Source: Candidatus Aenigmatarchaeota archaeon
GTDB taxonomy: Archaea; Aenigmatarchaeota; Aenigmatarchaeia; CG10238-14; SpSt-28
Length of the DNA: 64,000 bases
Direction: 5' to 3'
NCBI GenBank assembly: GCA_038997165.1
Contig: JAWBAK010000001.1
Coordinates: forward strand, 128,001 to 192,000
The position numbers and the translations under genes are program-made. The notes below the pieces were generated by a model, which worked only from the letters and a program-made list of their open reading frames with translations, made no database searches and was not told the origin of the DNA. Shown piece by piece: positions 9,222-19,784 of this stretch (within the stretch, counting starts at the first letter, position 1; each line of letters opens with the position of its first letter).

Positions 9222-10097
9222 ATGAAATTAGAAGAATATTTTGAAGAATATAAAAAGAGATTTAATAAACTAAAGAAAATTTCAGAAGAAGTTTGGAATT
9301 ATATTGATAAGAATATAGAAAATGCTAATATATTAGAATTGGCAAAAAATATAGAAGAAAAAATAAAAGAATTAGGAGCGAAGCCAGCTTTTCCTGTAAA
9401 TATTTCAATTAATGAAATCGCCGCCCACTATACGCCAGAGGAAAATTTCTACATAGATTTAGAAAAACATATGGTAAAAATAGATTTTGGAATTCATATA
9501 GATGGTTATATTTTTGATACTGCAAAAACATACTATAAAGGAACTTATCAAGAAATTATAGAGGCAACAAAAAAAGCTTTTGAAGAGAGTTTAAAAGAAA
9601 TAAAAAGCGGAAATAAAATAAATATTCCTGGAAAAATTGTAGAAGAAATTGCTAGCGAATATAAATTAAAACCTATAAGAAATTTAGGCGGACATGGATT
9701 AGGATATTTTAAAATTCATGATAAACCTAACATATTAAATATATTTTTTAAAACAGCAGAAGAGTTTATAAGTGGAATGCCGATTGCTTGGGAAGTTTTT
9801 ATAACAAATGGAAATGGATACGTAAAAGATAGTTATCCAGCTCTAATATTTGAAATCAAAAACATAGATAAAATAAATTTGATTAGAGTTGCAGAATTGA
9901 GAAAAATAATAGAACATGCTTATAAAGAATTTAAAACTTTACCTTTTGCAAAAAGATGGCTAAATTTTGAAAAAAATTTAGTTGAGTTAGCAATTAATGA
10001 AGGTGTAAAGAAAGATATAATATATGAATATCCTGTTTTAAAAGAATCTAAAAATTCTTTTGTTGCTCAATTTGAAACTACTATTATAGTAGAATAA
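9222..10097 (+). CDS. map: Methionine aminopeptidase type II
   Basis: AFPVNISINEIAAHYTP, KIDFGIHIDGYIFDTA, NLGGH, VAQFETT. Confidence 0.95.
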   Translation: MKLEEYFEEYKKRFNKLKKISEEVWNYIDKNIENANILELAKNIEEKIKELGAKPAFPVNISINEIAAHYTPEENFYIDLEKHMVKIDFGIHIDGYIFDTAKTYYKGTYQEIIEATKKAFEESLKEIKSGNKINIPGKIVEEIASEYKLKPIRNLGGHGLGYFKIHDKPNILNIFFKTAEEFISGMPIAWEVFITNGNGYVKDSYPALIFEIKNIDKINLIRVAELRKIIEHAYKEFKTLPFAKRWLNFEKNLVELAINEGVKKDIIYEYPVLKESKNSFVAQFETTIIVE

Positions 10098-10529
10098 AAT
10101 TAAAATTAAATATAAAATTATTGGTTGAAAAATGTTTTGAAAATTATAAAAAAAGAAATCTAAATTTATTTTAAAATTTAATATTAAAAATGTTTCAAAA
10201 ATTATTCGAAAGAAATTTTGAAAATAAGCCAAAAATAAAAATAAAAAAATTAGCTTAAATTTTTTTCTTAATAAAAAAAACGGAAATATTAATAAAAAAG
10301 ATGAAATTTTTAAACAATCTTTTGAAATTACAAATTCTATGTTATTTATATAAATTTTTTCATTGATTCTAGTTATTTCAGAAAAATAAAAATTTAAAAG
10401 TTTTTCAATAATTATTGCATTTAAAATTTGAAAATAAAAAATATCTAAATAATCAAAAAGATAAACTAAGAATATTCCTATACTTAACGATATTAATATT
10501 TCAAAATACTTAGTAATTTTTCTTTCCAT
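10038..10529 (-). CDS. Exosortase/archaeosortase-like membrane protein
   Basis: Multi-TM protein with FVISKDC (Cys) and QNFFRI (N-x-x-R) motifs. Confidence 0.5.
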   Translation of the reverse strand: MERKITKYFEILISLSIGIFLVYLFDYLDIFYFQILNAIIIEKLLNFYFSEITRINEKIYINNIEFVISKDCLKISSFLLIFPFFLLRKKFKLIFLFLFLAYFQNFFRIIFETFLILNFKINLDFFFYNFQNIFQPIILYLILILFYYNSSFKLSNKRIFRFF

Positions 10530-11446
10530 TTGTTTTTTAAATATTCTAATTTAATTTTTCCAATTTTTTCATATTTTGATGTATTATCAAAAATTAATTT
10601 GAAGTTCCAAATATTTTCTATTTTTTTATCAGTTATTACAAATTCGACTCCTAAATTCTCAATTATATAAAATTTTTCTATTTGATTTGATACAATAGCA
10701 AAATTATTTATATATTGCTTAATAATTTTTAGGAAATCTTCATTAATTTCTTCTATCTTTAAATATGGAATTTCATTATCTTCTAACTTTAATTTCAAAA
10801 TCTCTATAACAGTTTTTAAAGCTTCGTTTTCTATTTCTAATTTTCTATCTCTTACTTCTCTAAATTCAATTATCTTTCTTTCTATTATTCTTTTATTTTT
10901 TAATTCTTCAATCAAATCTTTTAATTTTTTGTTTTCTTCTTTTAGAATTTTTATTTTTTCTACTAATCTTTTAACATCTATTGAATTATAACTTTTGTAA
11001 TTTTTTATAAGTTCTTTATTATCTTTATCTTTATTTGAATCGTTTTTTTCGATTAAGTTTTTTGTCTCAACTTTTTTATTCAATAATTTTTTTCTTAAAA
11101 ATTTCATAGCTACTATTGCTGAAAATATTGCATCTCTTTCATGCCAATTATTATAAGAATAATTCGATGTTAACTTTTGTTTTTTGCTTTCTCTTACATT
11201 TTCTTTAGGATGAAAAATTTTAACTCCTAAAGACTTTGAAATTTTTATTATTTTTTTTGGAACTTTAGCTACATCACAAGAAATTAATAAAGGCTTTCCA
11301 AATTTTATTATATCATCTATCATTTCACTTATTTTATATTCTTTTTTACTTTTTAAAAATAATACATTAAGATTTTTATCTAAAATACAAATTGCAGAAG
11401 TTGTACCGACATCAATACCTACAACTATTTCATTCTGAATATTCAT
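10493..11446 (-). CDS. DUF460-domain protein (RNase H-like N-terminus plus coiled coil)
   Basis: VVGIDVGTTSA, GKPLLISCDV, HERDA. Confidence 0.8.
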   Translation of the reverse strand: MNIQNEIVVGIDVGTTSAICILDKNLNVLFLKSKKEYKISEMIDDIIKFGKPLLISCDVAKVPKKIIKISKSLGVKIFHPKENVRESKKQKLTSNYSYNNWHERDAIFSAIVAMKFLRKKLLNKKVETKNLIEKNDSNKDKDNKELIKNYKSYNSIDVKRLVEKIKILKEENKKLKDLIEELKNKRIIERKIIEFREVRDRKLEIENEALKTVIEILKLKLEDNEIPYLKIEEINEDFLKIIKQYINNFAIVSNQIEKFYIIENLGVEFVITDKKIENIWNFKLIFDNTSKYEKIGKIKLEYLKNKWKEKLLSILKY

Positions 11447-12074
11447 AATTTATTATTTTTAAAAATTTTTTAGCTCTTTTTTCGCCCAAAATATCTACTA
11501 ACTTATGTTTTTCTGCATTAATAAAATTTTTTATTGATTTAAATTTTTTTAAAATTTTTTCTGCTGTTTTATATGAAATTCCAGGAAAATTAATTAAGAT
11601 CGAAATTACTAATTTTTTCATTTCTTCTTGATTTTTCTTAATTCTTCTTTTAGCTTTAGGTAAAACTATAAAATCTGAGGAATATTTTTTACATATTTTT
11701 ATTAATAATTTTGCAGTTTCGTAAATGTTTTCTGTAAATATTACTGAAATATTTGTAGATGCTAAAATTTTGCTTAAAATTCCATAAAAAATCTCTTTTT
11801 TATCCTCTTCTATATAACTTCCTTCTAATATTAAAATATACTTTTTAAATTCGTTTTTATTTTCTATTTGCTCAAAAATTCTTTTATCAAAAGTTGAATT
11901 TAAGAAATCATTATATGTTTTTCTCTCAATTGCAATATCCCCTATTATAAAATCAACATTTAAATTTTCTTCAATTACATTTATTTCTTTTTCATTTTTT
12001 AAAATTTCAATTATTTCTTTCTCTCTATAATCTGCAATTATTATTGGTTTTTGAACTAATAATTTTTGTATCAT
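11430..12074 (-). CDS. ERCC4/XPF-family structure-specific nuclease (Hef nuclease half)
   Basis: ADYRE, DF...IERKT..DF, LILEG, HhH motif FPGIS...AEKIL. Confidence 0.9.
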   Translation of the reverse strand: MIQKLLVQKPIIIADYREKEIIEILKNEKEINVIEENLNVDFIIGDIAIERKTYNDFLNSTFDKRIFEQIENKNEFKKYILILEGSYIEEDKKEIFYGILSKILASTNISVIFTENIYETAKLLIKICKKYSSDFIVLPKAKRRIKKNQEEMKKLVISILINFPGISYKTAEKILKKFKSIKNFINAEKHKLVDILGEKRAKKFLKIINYEYSE

Positions 12075-13594
12075 TAGTTATTATTCATCAATTCTTTCTT
12101 TATATCCATAATTATTTTTCTCATTCTTTTTTCTTTATGAAATGCAGACCAATAATATGCTTCGTCTCTTGTATTTTTTGTTATTAAAATTATAACTTTT
12201 CCATGTTCTTGTCTTCCAACTCTTCCTCTTCTTTGAATAGCTCTTATTTCACTAGGAACAGGCTCATAAAATATTGCATAATCTGTTTTTGGAATATCTA
12301 AACCTTCTTCTCCAACACTAGAACAAACTAATACATTATAAATTCCATGAGCAAAATTTCTAATTACTTCGGCTTGTTCTTTTTGTGTCATTCCATCATA
12401 CTTATCTCTCTTTGCTTGTCCAACAAGCTTTGCAACTTTTATACCCTTTGATTTTAATTCATTATATATAAATTCTACTGTAGCTCTATAATTTGCAAAA
12501 ACAATGATTTTTACATTTTGATTTTGAGAAATTAAAAATTTAATTATTTCTTCTAATTTTTCTAATTTTGGATGTGGTAATTTTTTGTTAATATAATCCC
12601 TAACTATACTTTCTGCAATTTTTATTCTTATATCATTAACTAAAGCTCTTTCATATATTTTATTACTGTTTTTTAATTTTTCCAAATATTCTAAAAAATA
12701 AACAGAGCTTTGAGTTTCTATTAATTCTAACAAATATTCAACTTTAATTAATTGAAGTAACTTAAACAAGATTTCTCTAAATATTTTTTTATCCAAAATT
12801 TCTGATTTTCCTAAAAATTCTTCATAGACTTTTATTAATTCTTTTTTTGTAATATCTTCGCTATTTAATATTCCTAAATTTTTTAAATTTTTTATTAATT
12901 CATTTCTAACTTTTTCAATTTCTTCTTTAGCTCTTTTTATTTCGTTTGGTAACTCTACAGAAACAAAAATTTTTTCTATTTTTTTAATATAGGGTCTAAT
13001 ATCTTTATCGTATTCGCTTCTAATTTCAATATACTCTATATTCAAATGATTTTTTATTTCTTCAATTCTTTCTTTTTCACTTCCTGGAGAAGCAGTTAAT
13101 GCTAATATTAAAGGAAATTTTGATTGCTCTAAATATTTTTTTGCAACATATGTATATGAATATTCTTTTACACATCTGTGAGCTTCATCAAAAATTATTA
13201 AGCTAAAATCACTAAGATTTAATATATTTTCTTCTAAATCGTTTTGAATGGTTTGTGGAGTTGCAATTATTATTTTTGCAAATTTATATAAAAATTTTCT
13301 ATCTTCTTTTGGAATTTTTCCTGTAATATCAACAATTCTATTTCTATCTATTTTAAAGAGTTTTCTAAAAGTTTCTGTATGTTGTAAAACAAGTGGTCTT
13401 GTTGGAGCTAGCATCATTATTTTGCTTTCTGGATATTTCATTAATCTATTTGCGGCAACAATTATAGCTATAATTGTTTTACCAGTTCCTGTTGGTAAAA
13501 TAACTAACGAATTTCCTTTAATCGCTGTATTAGCAATATTTATTTGATATTCTCTAATTTCAATTAATTCTGTTCTTAATAGATCGCTTATCAT
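12074..13594 (-). CDS. Hef/FANCM-like SF2 helicase
   Basis: REYQ, LPTGTGKT, DEAHR, TASPG, EEGLDIP, IQRRGRVGR. Confidence 0.93.
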   Translation of the reverse strand: MISDLLRTELIEIREYQINIANTAIKGNSLVILPTGTGKTIIAIIVAANRLMKYPESKIMMLAPTRPLVLQHTETFRKLFKIDRNRIVDITGKIPKEDRKFLYKFAKIIIATPQTIQNDLEENILNLSDFSLIIFDEAHRCVKEYSYTYVAKKYLEQSKFPLILALTASPGSEKERIEEIKNHLNIEYIEIRSEYDKDIRPYIKKIEKIFVSVELPNEIKRAKEEIEKVRNELIKNLKNLGILNSEDITKKELIKVYEEFLGKSEILDKKIFREILFKLLQLIKVEYLLELIETQSSVYFLEYLEKLKNSNKIYERALVNDIRIKIAESIVRDYINKKLPHPKLEKLEEIIKFLISQNQNVKIIVFANYRATVEFIYNELKSKGIKVAKLVGQAKRDKYDGMTQKEQAEVIRNFAHGIYNVLVCSSVGEEGLDIPKTDYAIFYEPVPSEIRAIQRRGRVGRQEHGKVIILITKNTRDEAYYWSAFHKEKRMRKIIMDIKKELMNNN

Positions 13595-13601
13595 TAAATA
13601 T

Positions 13602-14618
13602 TTAAATTTTTACTAAATTAATTGGATTTCCATTTATAAAGCTTATAATATTTTCTAATGTAACTCTTCTAATTTCTTGAATTGCTTCGTAAGTATTAAA
13701 AGCATTATGTGGAGTAATTATTACATTTTTTTCTTTATCTTCCAATTCTATTAGAATATGATTTGCAATTAAACTTTCTAAACTTTCCCTCTCTAATTTA
13801 CCTTTTAATAATAGTTCTATTTCTTCTTTTATTAAACTTTCTCCCTCTAATACATCTAGACCTGCTGCTTTTACTTTTCCACTCTTTAAATATTTGACAA
13901 GCGCTTTTGTATCTATTAAAGCCCCTCTAGCAGTATTTATAATTATTACACCATCTTTCATTTTTTCAAAGGCTTCTTCATTAAGTAAATGAAAATTTTC
14001 TTTTGTTAAATTTGCATGAATAGAAATTATATCAGAATTTCTTAATAATGTATCTAAATCTACATATTCATATCCAATTCTTTTAGCTTCTTCATAATTT
14101 GGATAAATATCGTAGCATATAACTCTCATTCCAAAAGCTTTTGCTATTTCAGCAACTCTTCTACCAATTTTTCCAGCGCCAATAATTCCTAAAACTTTTC
14201 CCTTTAATTCGAATCCTCTCAAATTTTCTAAGCTAAAATCTCCTTTTCTTGTTCTTTCAAAACTTTCTATTATTTTTCTAGAAATTGCCAAAATTAGTGC
14301 AAAAGTATGCTCGGCAACGCTTTCTATTCCATAAGATGGTACATTAGAGACTAAAATATTCCTTTCTTTACATACCTTTAAATCTATATGATCATAACCT
14401 GTACTTCTTGTACAAATAAATTTTAATTTTTTTGCGTTTTTTAAAATTCTTTCATTAATTTTTGAATAAATAAATATACTTACTATATCTGAATTTTCTA
14501 TTAAATATGAATTTTCTTCATTTAACGGAAAATCATAAAATTCTAATTCAAATTCTTTTAGATTGTTCTTAAAAAATTCAATATCTTCGTTCGTTACTTC
14601 AAAAAAAGTTATTTTCAT
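13602..14618 (-). CDS. D-2-hydroxyacid dehydrogenase (D-lactate dehydrogenase-like)
   Basis: RSTGYDHID, VAEH, GAGKIG, INTARG, GLDVLEGE, TPHNAF. Confidence 0.9.
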   Translation of the reverse strand: MKITFFEVTNEDIEFFKNNLKEFELEFYDFPLNEENSYLIENSDIVSIFIYSKINERILKNAKKLKFICTRSTGYDHIDLKVCKERNILVSNVPSYGIESVAEHTFALILAISRKIIESFERTRKGDFSLENLRGFELKGKVLGIIGAGKIGRRVAEIAKAFGMRVICYDIYPNYEEAKRIGYEYVDLDTLLRNSDIISIHANLTKENFHLLNEEAFEKMKDGVIIINTARGALIDTKALVKYLKSGKVKAAGLDVLEGESLIKEEIELLLKGKLERESLESLIANHILIELEDKEKNVIITPHNAFNTYEAIQEIRRVTLENIISFINGNPINLVKI

Positions 14619-15224
14619 TTAATTACATTTAGTATAGCCACATTCAGGATTTATGCAAGTATAACAACCTTCTTCAACTTTTAAAGTTTTCATTCCGCAT
14701 TTAGGACAAATTTGAAATTTATCATTTATATCTTCTTTAATATTAAAATCTAAATTTTTATTTTCTTCCTTTTTCTCTTTTTTTAATATTCCCATTTCTA
14801 TAAAAAATTCTTCTAAAACTTCAGCTAATTCGCAATAAAAAGATGCTATATATTTTCCATTTTTAAAATATCCAGTGCCATTTGGATCATATACACTTCT
14901 TAATTCCTCTAATATAAATGTTGGATCATCTGTTCTTCTAAATATCGCAGATAATAATCTAGTTAAAATTGCAAATTCGGCAGCTTTTGTTAAATCTTTT
15001 GAATTTAAAAAAATTTCAAATGGCCTTACTTTATTACCATCTTTTATATATCCAATCGTAACAAAAATACTATGCTTTACAAATTTACTTTTTAATTTAT
15101 ATACTTTAGCATCAATTACATAAGGTCTTTCTAAAGGTTTTGTTAAAGAAGTTTCCTTTAATTCTTTTAATTCTTTCTTATCAGAAACTTCTTTTATTTT
15201 TTTAATTTTGGATAAAACAATCAT
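14619..15224 (-). CDS. nrdJb: Class II ribonucleotide reductase, small (NrdJb-like) subunit
   Basis: RPFEIF, TRLLSAIFR, C-terminal CPKCG...EGCYTC..PECGYTKC; directly downstream of nrdJa. Confidence 0.85.
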   Translation of the reverse strand: MIVLSKIKKIKEVSDKKELKELKETSLTKPLERPYVIDAKVYKLKSKFVKHSIFVTIGYIKDGNKVRPFEIFLNSKDLTKAAEFAILTRLLSAIFRRTDDPTFILEELRSVYDPNGTGYFKNGKYIASFYCELAEVLEEFFIEMGILKKEKKEENKNLDFNIKEDINDKFQICPKCGMKTLKVEEGCYTCINPECGYTKCN

Positions 15225-15226
15225 AA

Positions 15227-17758
15227 TTAATTATTTTCTATTTTTATATTTTCTTCTTTTATTAAATGATAAATTGTTGTCATTCTATTATTTATTACTA
15301 AAATTTCATCTCCTCTAACTCTATAAATTTTTCCATTTTCATCTTCTATTTCAAAAATTTTAGAAGCAATTTCTTCAAATTCGCTTTTTTCTTTTATTTC
15401 TTTTAAAACTGGAAATCTACTTCCTTCTCTATAAATTGTTACACTTTTTAATCCTTTCTTCCAAGCATAGATATATAAATCAGAAATTACTTCTGGATGT
15501 ATATCTGCTGGTAAATTAATTGTGCTTGAAATACTATGATCTACATATTTTTGGGCTATGGCTTGAATTTCTACTCTTCTAAATGGATCTATATAATGAG
15601 CAGTTTTGAAGAAACAAGAAGGTAAAACTTTCTTTAATTCATTAATATCAACATTTTGTGCAATCTCATTTAAATTATTCATATCTAAATAAGCTTGTAT
15701 TGTAGAATGGAAAACTCTAAACATTTTATTTCTTTCAAAACTTTCTGTTCTTCTTAAATAATAAATCGCAAATATTGGTTCAATTCCACCACTAACTCCA
15801 ATATATACTTTTCCATTATATTCAAAACTTTTTACAATATTTGAAATGGTTCCAGTAGGTGCAATACTTAATAAGGCTAAATTTCTTATTCCATACTTAG
15901 AAATTAATCTTCTAGTTTTTTTGCTTAATGCTTCTTTGGCAAAAGGATTTTGTAAATATTTTTCGTAATCAATATCTAACTTTCCTTTTTCTTTAGCTAA
16001 TAACGCACTATATTTGTATGCATAATTAGCTATAAACCTCATTACTTTTTCCAAAACTTTTTGAGCCTCTTCGCTATCATAATCTAAAAGTAATTGAATA
16101 AACATATCTGCAATTCCCATAACTCCTAAACCAATTCTTCTAGTTTTTCTAGAAGCTTCTCTTTGCTTTTCTAATGGATGTAGAAGAATATTCCAACTAA
16201 TTACGTTATCTAAAAATCTTATTGAATGTTTAACTACTTTCTTTAATAAATTAAAATCTATTTTTGCATTTTTAGTAAATGGATATAAAACAAATCTAGA
16301 GAGATTTATAGATCCCAAATTGCAAGCACCACCATCTTCTAACGGAACTTCACTACAAGGATTTGTAGTTATTATTGGAAATCCTACATAATCGCTAGGA
16401 CTATACTTTTTCATTCTACTCCAAAACATTATACCTGGTTCTGCAGTTTTATAATTGCTTTCAACGAATTTATTCCAAATATCTCTTGCTTTTATTAATT
16501 TTAAAATTTTACCAGTTTGCTCACTTTCAAAATATAATAGAAAATCTCCAGCATATCTTATTGCTAAATCAAAATCTTCATTTTCTAATTCTATAACATA
16601 ATCTCCAAAAATATCTCTCTTATTTACATCTTTCAAATCTTCTTCTTTAATATCAACTTTATATTTTTCTTGCAAATATTTTTTCAAATCTTCAAAACTT
16701 TCAAATATTTTTTCCAAATTATATTTTTCTATATCTTTACTAGGAATTCCGTATGAATAATGAATATCTTGAATGTTTTTTACACTTTTTATTATTCCTT
16801 TATAATTTTTTCTATAAACTAATATTTTATTTTCATATTTGTTTTGTTCCTCTAAAGCATGCATGAATTCATCACTAACTTTTATGCTTATGTTTGCAAA
16901 TCTTACTTGAGTATTTTCCATTATCTTTTTTTCAATTTCTTTTAATTCTTCTTCACTAAATTTATTTGAAAACCTTAATTCTTCAATTATTTGAGAAGTT
17001 ATCCAGTTTGGTACATGTTTAGCATCTATAAAATCAAAAACATCTGGATGTTTCACATCTATACTTAACATTAAAGCACCTCTTCTTCCTTCTTGTCCAA
17101 TTAGTCCTGTAGTTAAAGAATATAATTCCATAAAGCTTACGCTACCTGTAGATTTTAATGCAGCATTATGAACTATAGAATTTTTTGGTCTTAAAACGCT
17201 AATATCAATTCCCACTCCACCACCATAAGAATACGTTCTTGCAGCTTCGTATGCTGCTTTATAAATTCCCTCTATGCTATCATCTTCTATAATAACTACA
17301 AAACAATTAGCTAAAGTTTTAACTCTATATAAATCACCAGCACCAGCTAATACTCTTCCGCCTGGTAAAAAATATCCCTCATACATTAAGTTGTAAAAAA
17401 TTCTTGCATATTTAATTGCATTTTCCTCTTTTTCTTCTGCAGAAGCTACAAAGGATGCAACCCTTAAAAATACATGCTCTGGCCTTTCTTCAATAAAATT
17501 TCCATCTAAATCTTTTAAATAATATTTATTTTTATAAATACTTTTTGCTAATTCGTTTGTTGCTAAATAATTTGGATTTGATGGTAACAAATCTTTATCG
17601 TACATTTCTAAAAGTTTGAAATAAATTTTTTTGTACTTTTCTATTCTTTCTATACTTAAAATTTTTACAAGTTTTTTTGAAGGATTATTAAACATTTTTA
17701 ACATCTTTTGAGCTAATTTTATACTTTCTTCTTTTTTTAAAGTTTTTAGAATTTCCAT
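15227..17758 (-). CDS. nrdJa: Adenosylcobalamin-dependent (class II) ribonucleotide reductase, large subunit
   Basis: FLPGGR, ANCFV, GGGVG, GRRGALM, TNPCSE, ACNLGSINL, IAPTGTIS, ISSTINLP, TIYREGSR. Confidence 0.92.
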   Translation of the reverse strand: MEILKTLKKEESIKLAQKMLKMFNNPSKKLVKILSIERIEKYKKIYFKLLEMYDKDLLPSNPNYLATNELAKSIYKNKYYLKDLDGNFIEERPEHVFLRVASFVASAEEKEENAIKYARIFYNLMYEGYFLPGGRVLAGAGDLYRVKTLANCFVVIIEDDSIEGIYKAAYEAARTYSYGGGVGIDISVLRPKNSIVHNAALKSTGSVSFMELYSLTTGLIGQEGRRGALMLSIDVKHPDVFDFIDAKHVPNWITSQIIEELRFSNKFSEEELKEIEKKIMENTQVRFANISIKVSDEFMHALEEQNKYENKILVYRKNYKGIIKSVKNIQDIHYSYGIPSKDIEKYNLEKIFESFEDLKKYLQEKYKVDIKEEDLKDVNKRDIFGDYVIELENEDFDLAIRYAGDFLLYFESEQTGKILKLIKARDIWNKFVESNYKTAEPGIMFWSRMKKYSPSDYVGFPIITTNPCSEVPLEDGGACNLGSINLSRFVLYPFTKNAKIDFNLLKKVVKHSIRFLDNVISWNILLHPLEKQREASRKTRRIGLGVMGIADMFIQLLLDYDSEEAQKVLEKVMRFIANYAYKYSALLAKEKGKLDIDYEKYLQNPFAKEALSKKTRRLISKYGIRNLALLSIAPTGTISNIVKSFEYNGKVYIGVSGGIEPIFAIYYLRRTESFERNKMFRVFHSTIQAYLDMNNLNEIAQNVDINELKKVLPSCFFKTAHYIDPFRRVEIQAIAQKYVDHSISSTINLPADIHPEVISDLYIYAWKKGLKSVTIYREGSRFPVLKEIKEKSEFEEIASKIFEIEDENGKIYRVRGDEILVINNRMTTIYHLIKEENIKIENN

Positions 17759-17775
17759 AGTAGTATATACTACTA
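17758..17775. promoter_or_regulatory. Perfect 18-bp palindrome, candidate operator at the nrdJ start
   Basis: TAGTAGTATATACTACTA lies between a TTTATAAA box and the nrdJa ATG in the nrdJa/rfcS divergent spacer. Confidence 0.55.
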
Positions 17776-17802
17776 AGAATTTTTATAAATTTCTATAATA
17801 TT

Positions 17803-18780
17803 ATGGCAGAATTTGTTATATGGGCAGAAAAGTATAGACCAAATAGAATAGATGATCTAATAGATCAAGAACATGTAAAAGAGAGAGTAAAAATGTTTTT
17901 AAAAGAAAAAAATTTGCCACATATGTTATTTGCAGGCCCACCAGGAACTGGAAAAACTACATTGGCTCTAATAATTGCAAAAGAATTATATGGAGAAAAT
18001 TGGAAAGCAAATGTTTTAGAACTGAATGCTTCTGATGAAAGAGGAATAGATGTTATTAGAGGGAAAGTAAAAGAATTTGCAAGAACAAAAGCTATTGGAG
18101 ATGTTCCTTTCAAAATAATTATAATGGATGAAGCAGATGCATTAACTCAAGAGGCTCAACAAGCATTAAGAAGAACAATGGAAGATTTTTCTTCAGTTAC
18201 AAGATTTATATTATGCTGTAACTATTCTTCTAAAATAATTGAACCTATTCAATCTAGATGTGCTGTTTTTAGATTTAAAGCATTACCAGAAAAAGCTCAA
18301 AGAGAATTTATAGATAGAATTGTTAAAGGAGAAAATTTAGAAATAGATGAAAAAGCGATAGAAGCAATAATTAATATTGCTGAAGGTGATTTAAGAAAGG
18401 TTGCAAATTTATTACAAGCAGCTGCTTCAATATCTAAAAAAATTACTGCAGATATAATATATGAAGTTGCTTCGTTGGCTAAGCCAAAAGAAATTGAGGA
18501 AATGCTAAATTTAGCATTATCTGGAACAATTGAAGGATTTAACAAAGCAAGAGAAAAATTAATATATTTTATAATTAAAGAAGGTTTGGCTGGAGAAGAT
18601 TTAATAAAAGAAATTTATAGACAAGCATTGAAATTAAATATTCAAGATGATAAAAAAATAGAATTAATAGAAAAAATTGGAGAGTATGAATTTAGAATTA
18701 ATGAAGGTGGAGATGCATTAATTCAATTAACAGCTTTATTGGCTCAAATAAGTTTAATTGGAAAATCTATTAAGAAATGA
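17803..18780 (+). CDS. rfcS: Replication factor C small subunit
   Basis: [33 protein letters not shown]. Confidence 0.97.
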   Translation: MAEFVIWAEKYRPNRIDDLIDQEHVKERVKMFLKEKNLPHMLFAGPPGTGKTTLALIIAKELYGENWKANVLELNASDERGIDVIRGKVKEFARTKAIGDVPFKIIIMDEADALTQEAQQALRRTMEDFSSVTRFILCCNYSSKIIEPIQSRCAVFRFKALPEKAQREFIDRIVKGENLEIDEKAIEAIINIAEGDLRKVANLLQAAASISKKITADIIYEVASLAKPKEIEEMLNLALSGTIEGFNKAREKLIYFIIKEGLAGEDLIKEIYRQALKLNIQDDKKIELIEKIGEYEFRINEGGDALIQLTALLAQISLIGKSIKK

Positions 18781-18977
18781 TAGATAGAGAATTATTAGAT
18801 ATTTTAGCTTGTCCAAAATGTAAAGGAGATTTAGAATTAAAAGAAATGTTTTTAGTATGTTATAATTGTAAATTGGCTTTTCCTATTTTAGATGATGTTC
18901 CAGATTTATTATTAGAAGATGCTTGGAAATTAGAAGATGCTGAAAAAAATAATTTTAAACACCAACTTCACTTATGA
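18777..18977 (+). CDS. Trm112-family protein
   Basis: [14 protein letters not shown]...C..C...[11 protein letters not shown]. Confidence 0.88.
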   Translation: MIDRELLDILACPKCKGDLELKEMFLVCYNCKLAFPILDDVPDLLLEDAWKLEDAEKNNFKHQLHL

Positions 18978-19749
18978 TTTTTTTATATAAATTTCTTGCT
19001 TTTTCATAACTTTTCATATCGTTAATTGGTAACCAAATATCGTGCGAAACAAATAGGCTATATAATTTTCTTTCTTTTGATAATTTAGGTAATATTATAT
19101 CTTCAAATTCTATTGATTTCGACTCATTTAAATCGATATATTCATCTATTAAATCTATTACTTCTTTTTCTAATAAATACATTCCTATAGATACAAAAAC
19201 ATTCATTAATGGTTTTTCAACAAAATCTATAATAAAGTTATTTTCTACTTTTGCAACCCCAAAAGGAAATTCAAAACCATTAGTTAATACAATTGTTCCT
19301 AAGATATCATATCTTTTTCTAACTTCTAAATGGGTTAATAATAATTTAATTGGTAAGAAATTATCTAATTTTAAATCATCTGGAAAAGATATCATAATTC
19401 TTTCTCTTTTCAAAATTCCTACTTCATATGCATATTTTAATGCTTTTCCTTTTCCCCAATTACTTGTTTTAGGATCTATGCAAATTTCATAATTTATTTT
19501 ATCTCTATAGTTTCTTTTTTCTAAATGATCTATTATTTGATCTGCATATTTTCCAAGCAAAAATATGAAATTTTTAAATCCACAACTAAAATATAAATCA
19601 ATTTCTTTATCTAAGAGCGTATAATTTTCAGAAAGCTCTAATAAAGCTTTAGGTTTATCTATATTCATTCTTTTCCCACTTCCACCAGCTAAAATTACTA
19701 CTTTTGTATCTTTAATTTCTTTATCAATTTCTTTAAAAACATTACTCAT
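18955..19749 (-). CDS. Sugar-phosphate nucleotidyltransferase family protein
   Basis: VILAGGSGKRM, KPKAL, PFGV, FVEKP. Confidence 0.88.
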   Translation of the reverse strand: MSNVFKEIDKEIKDTKVVILAGGSGKRMNIDKPKALLELSENYTLLDKEIDLYFSCGFKNFIFLLGKYADQIIDHLEKRNYRDKINYEICIDPKTSNWGKGKALKYAYEVGILKRERIMISFPDDLKLDNFLPIKLLLTHLEVRKRYDILGTIVLTNGFEFPFGVAKVENNFIIDFVEKPLMNVFVSIGMYLLEKEVIDLIDEYIDLNESKSIEFEDIILPKLSKERKLYSLFVSHDIWLPINDMKSYEKARNLYKKIISEVGV

Positions 19750-19784
19750 ATTATATTTATTTTTTAAATACTAATTTAAAAAGT

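Noticed and set aside
15227..17758. Intein in nrdJa (also considered for polB, rfcS, cdc48, topA)
   Set aside because: No splice-junction or LAGLIDADG motifs; the catalytic motifs are contiguous.
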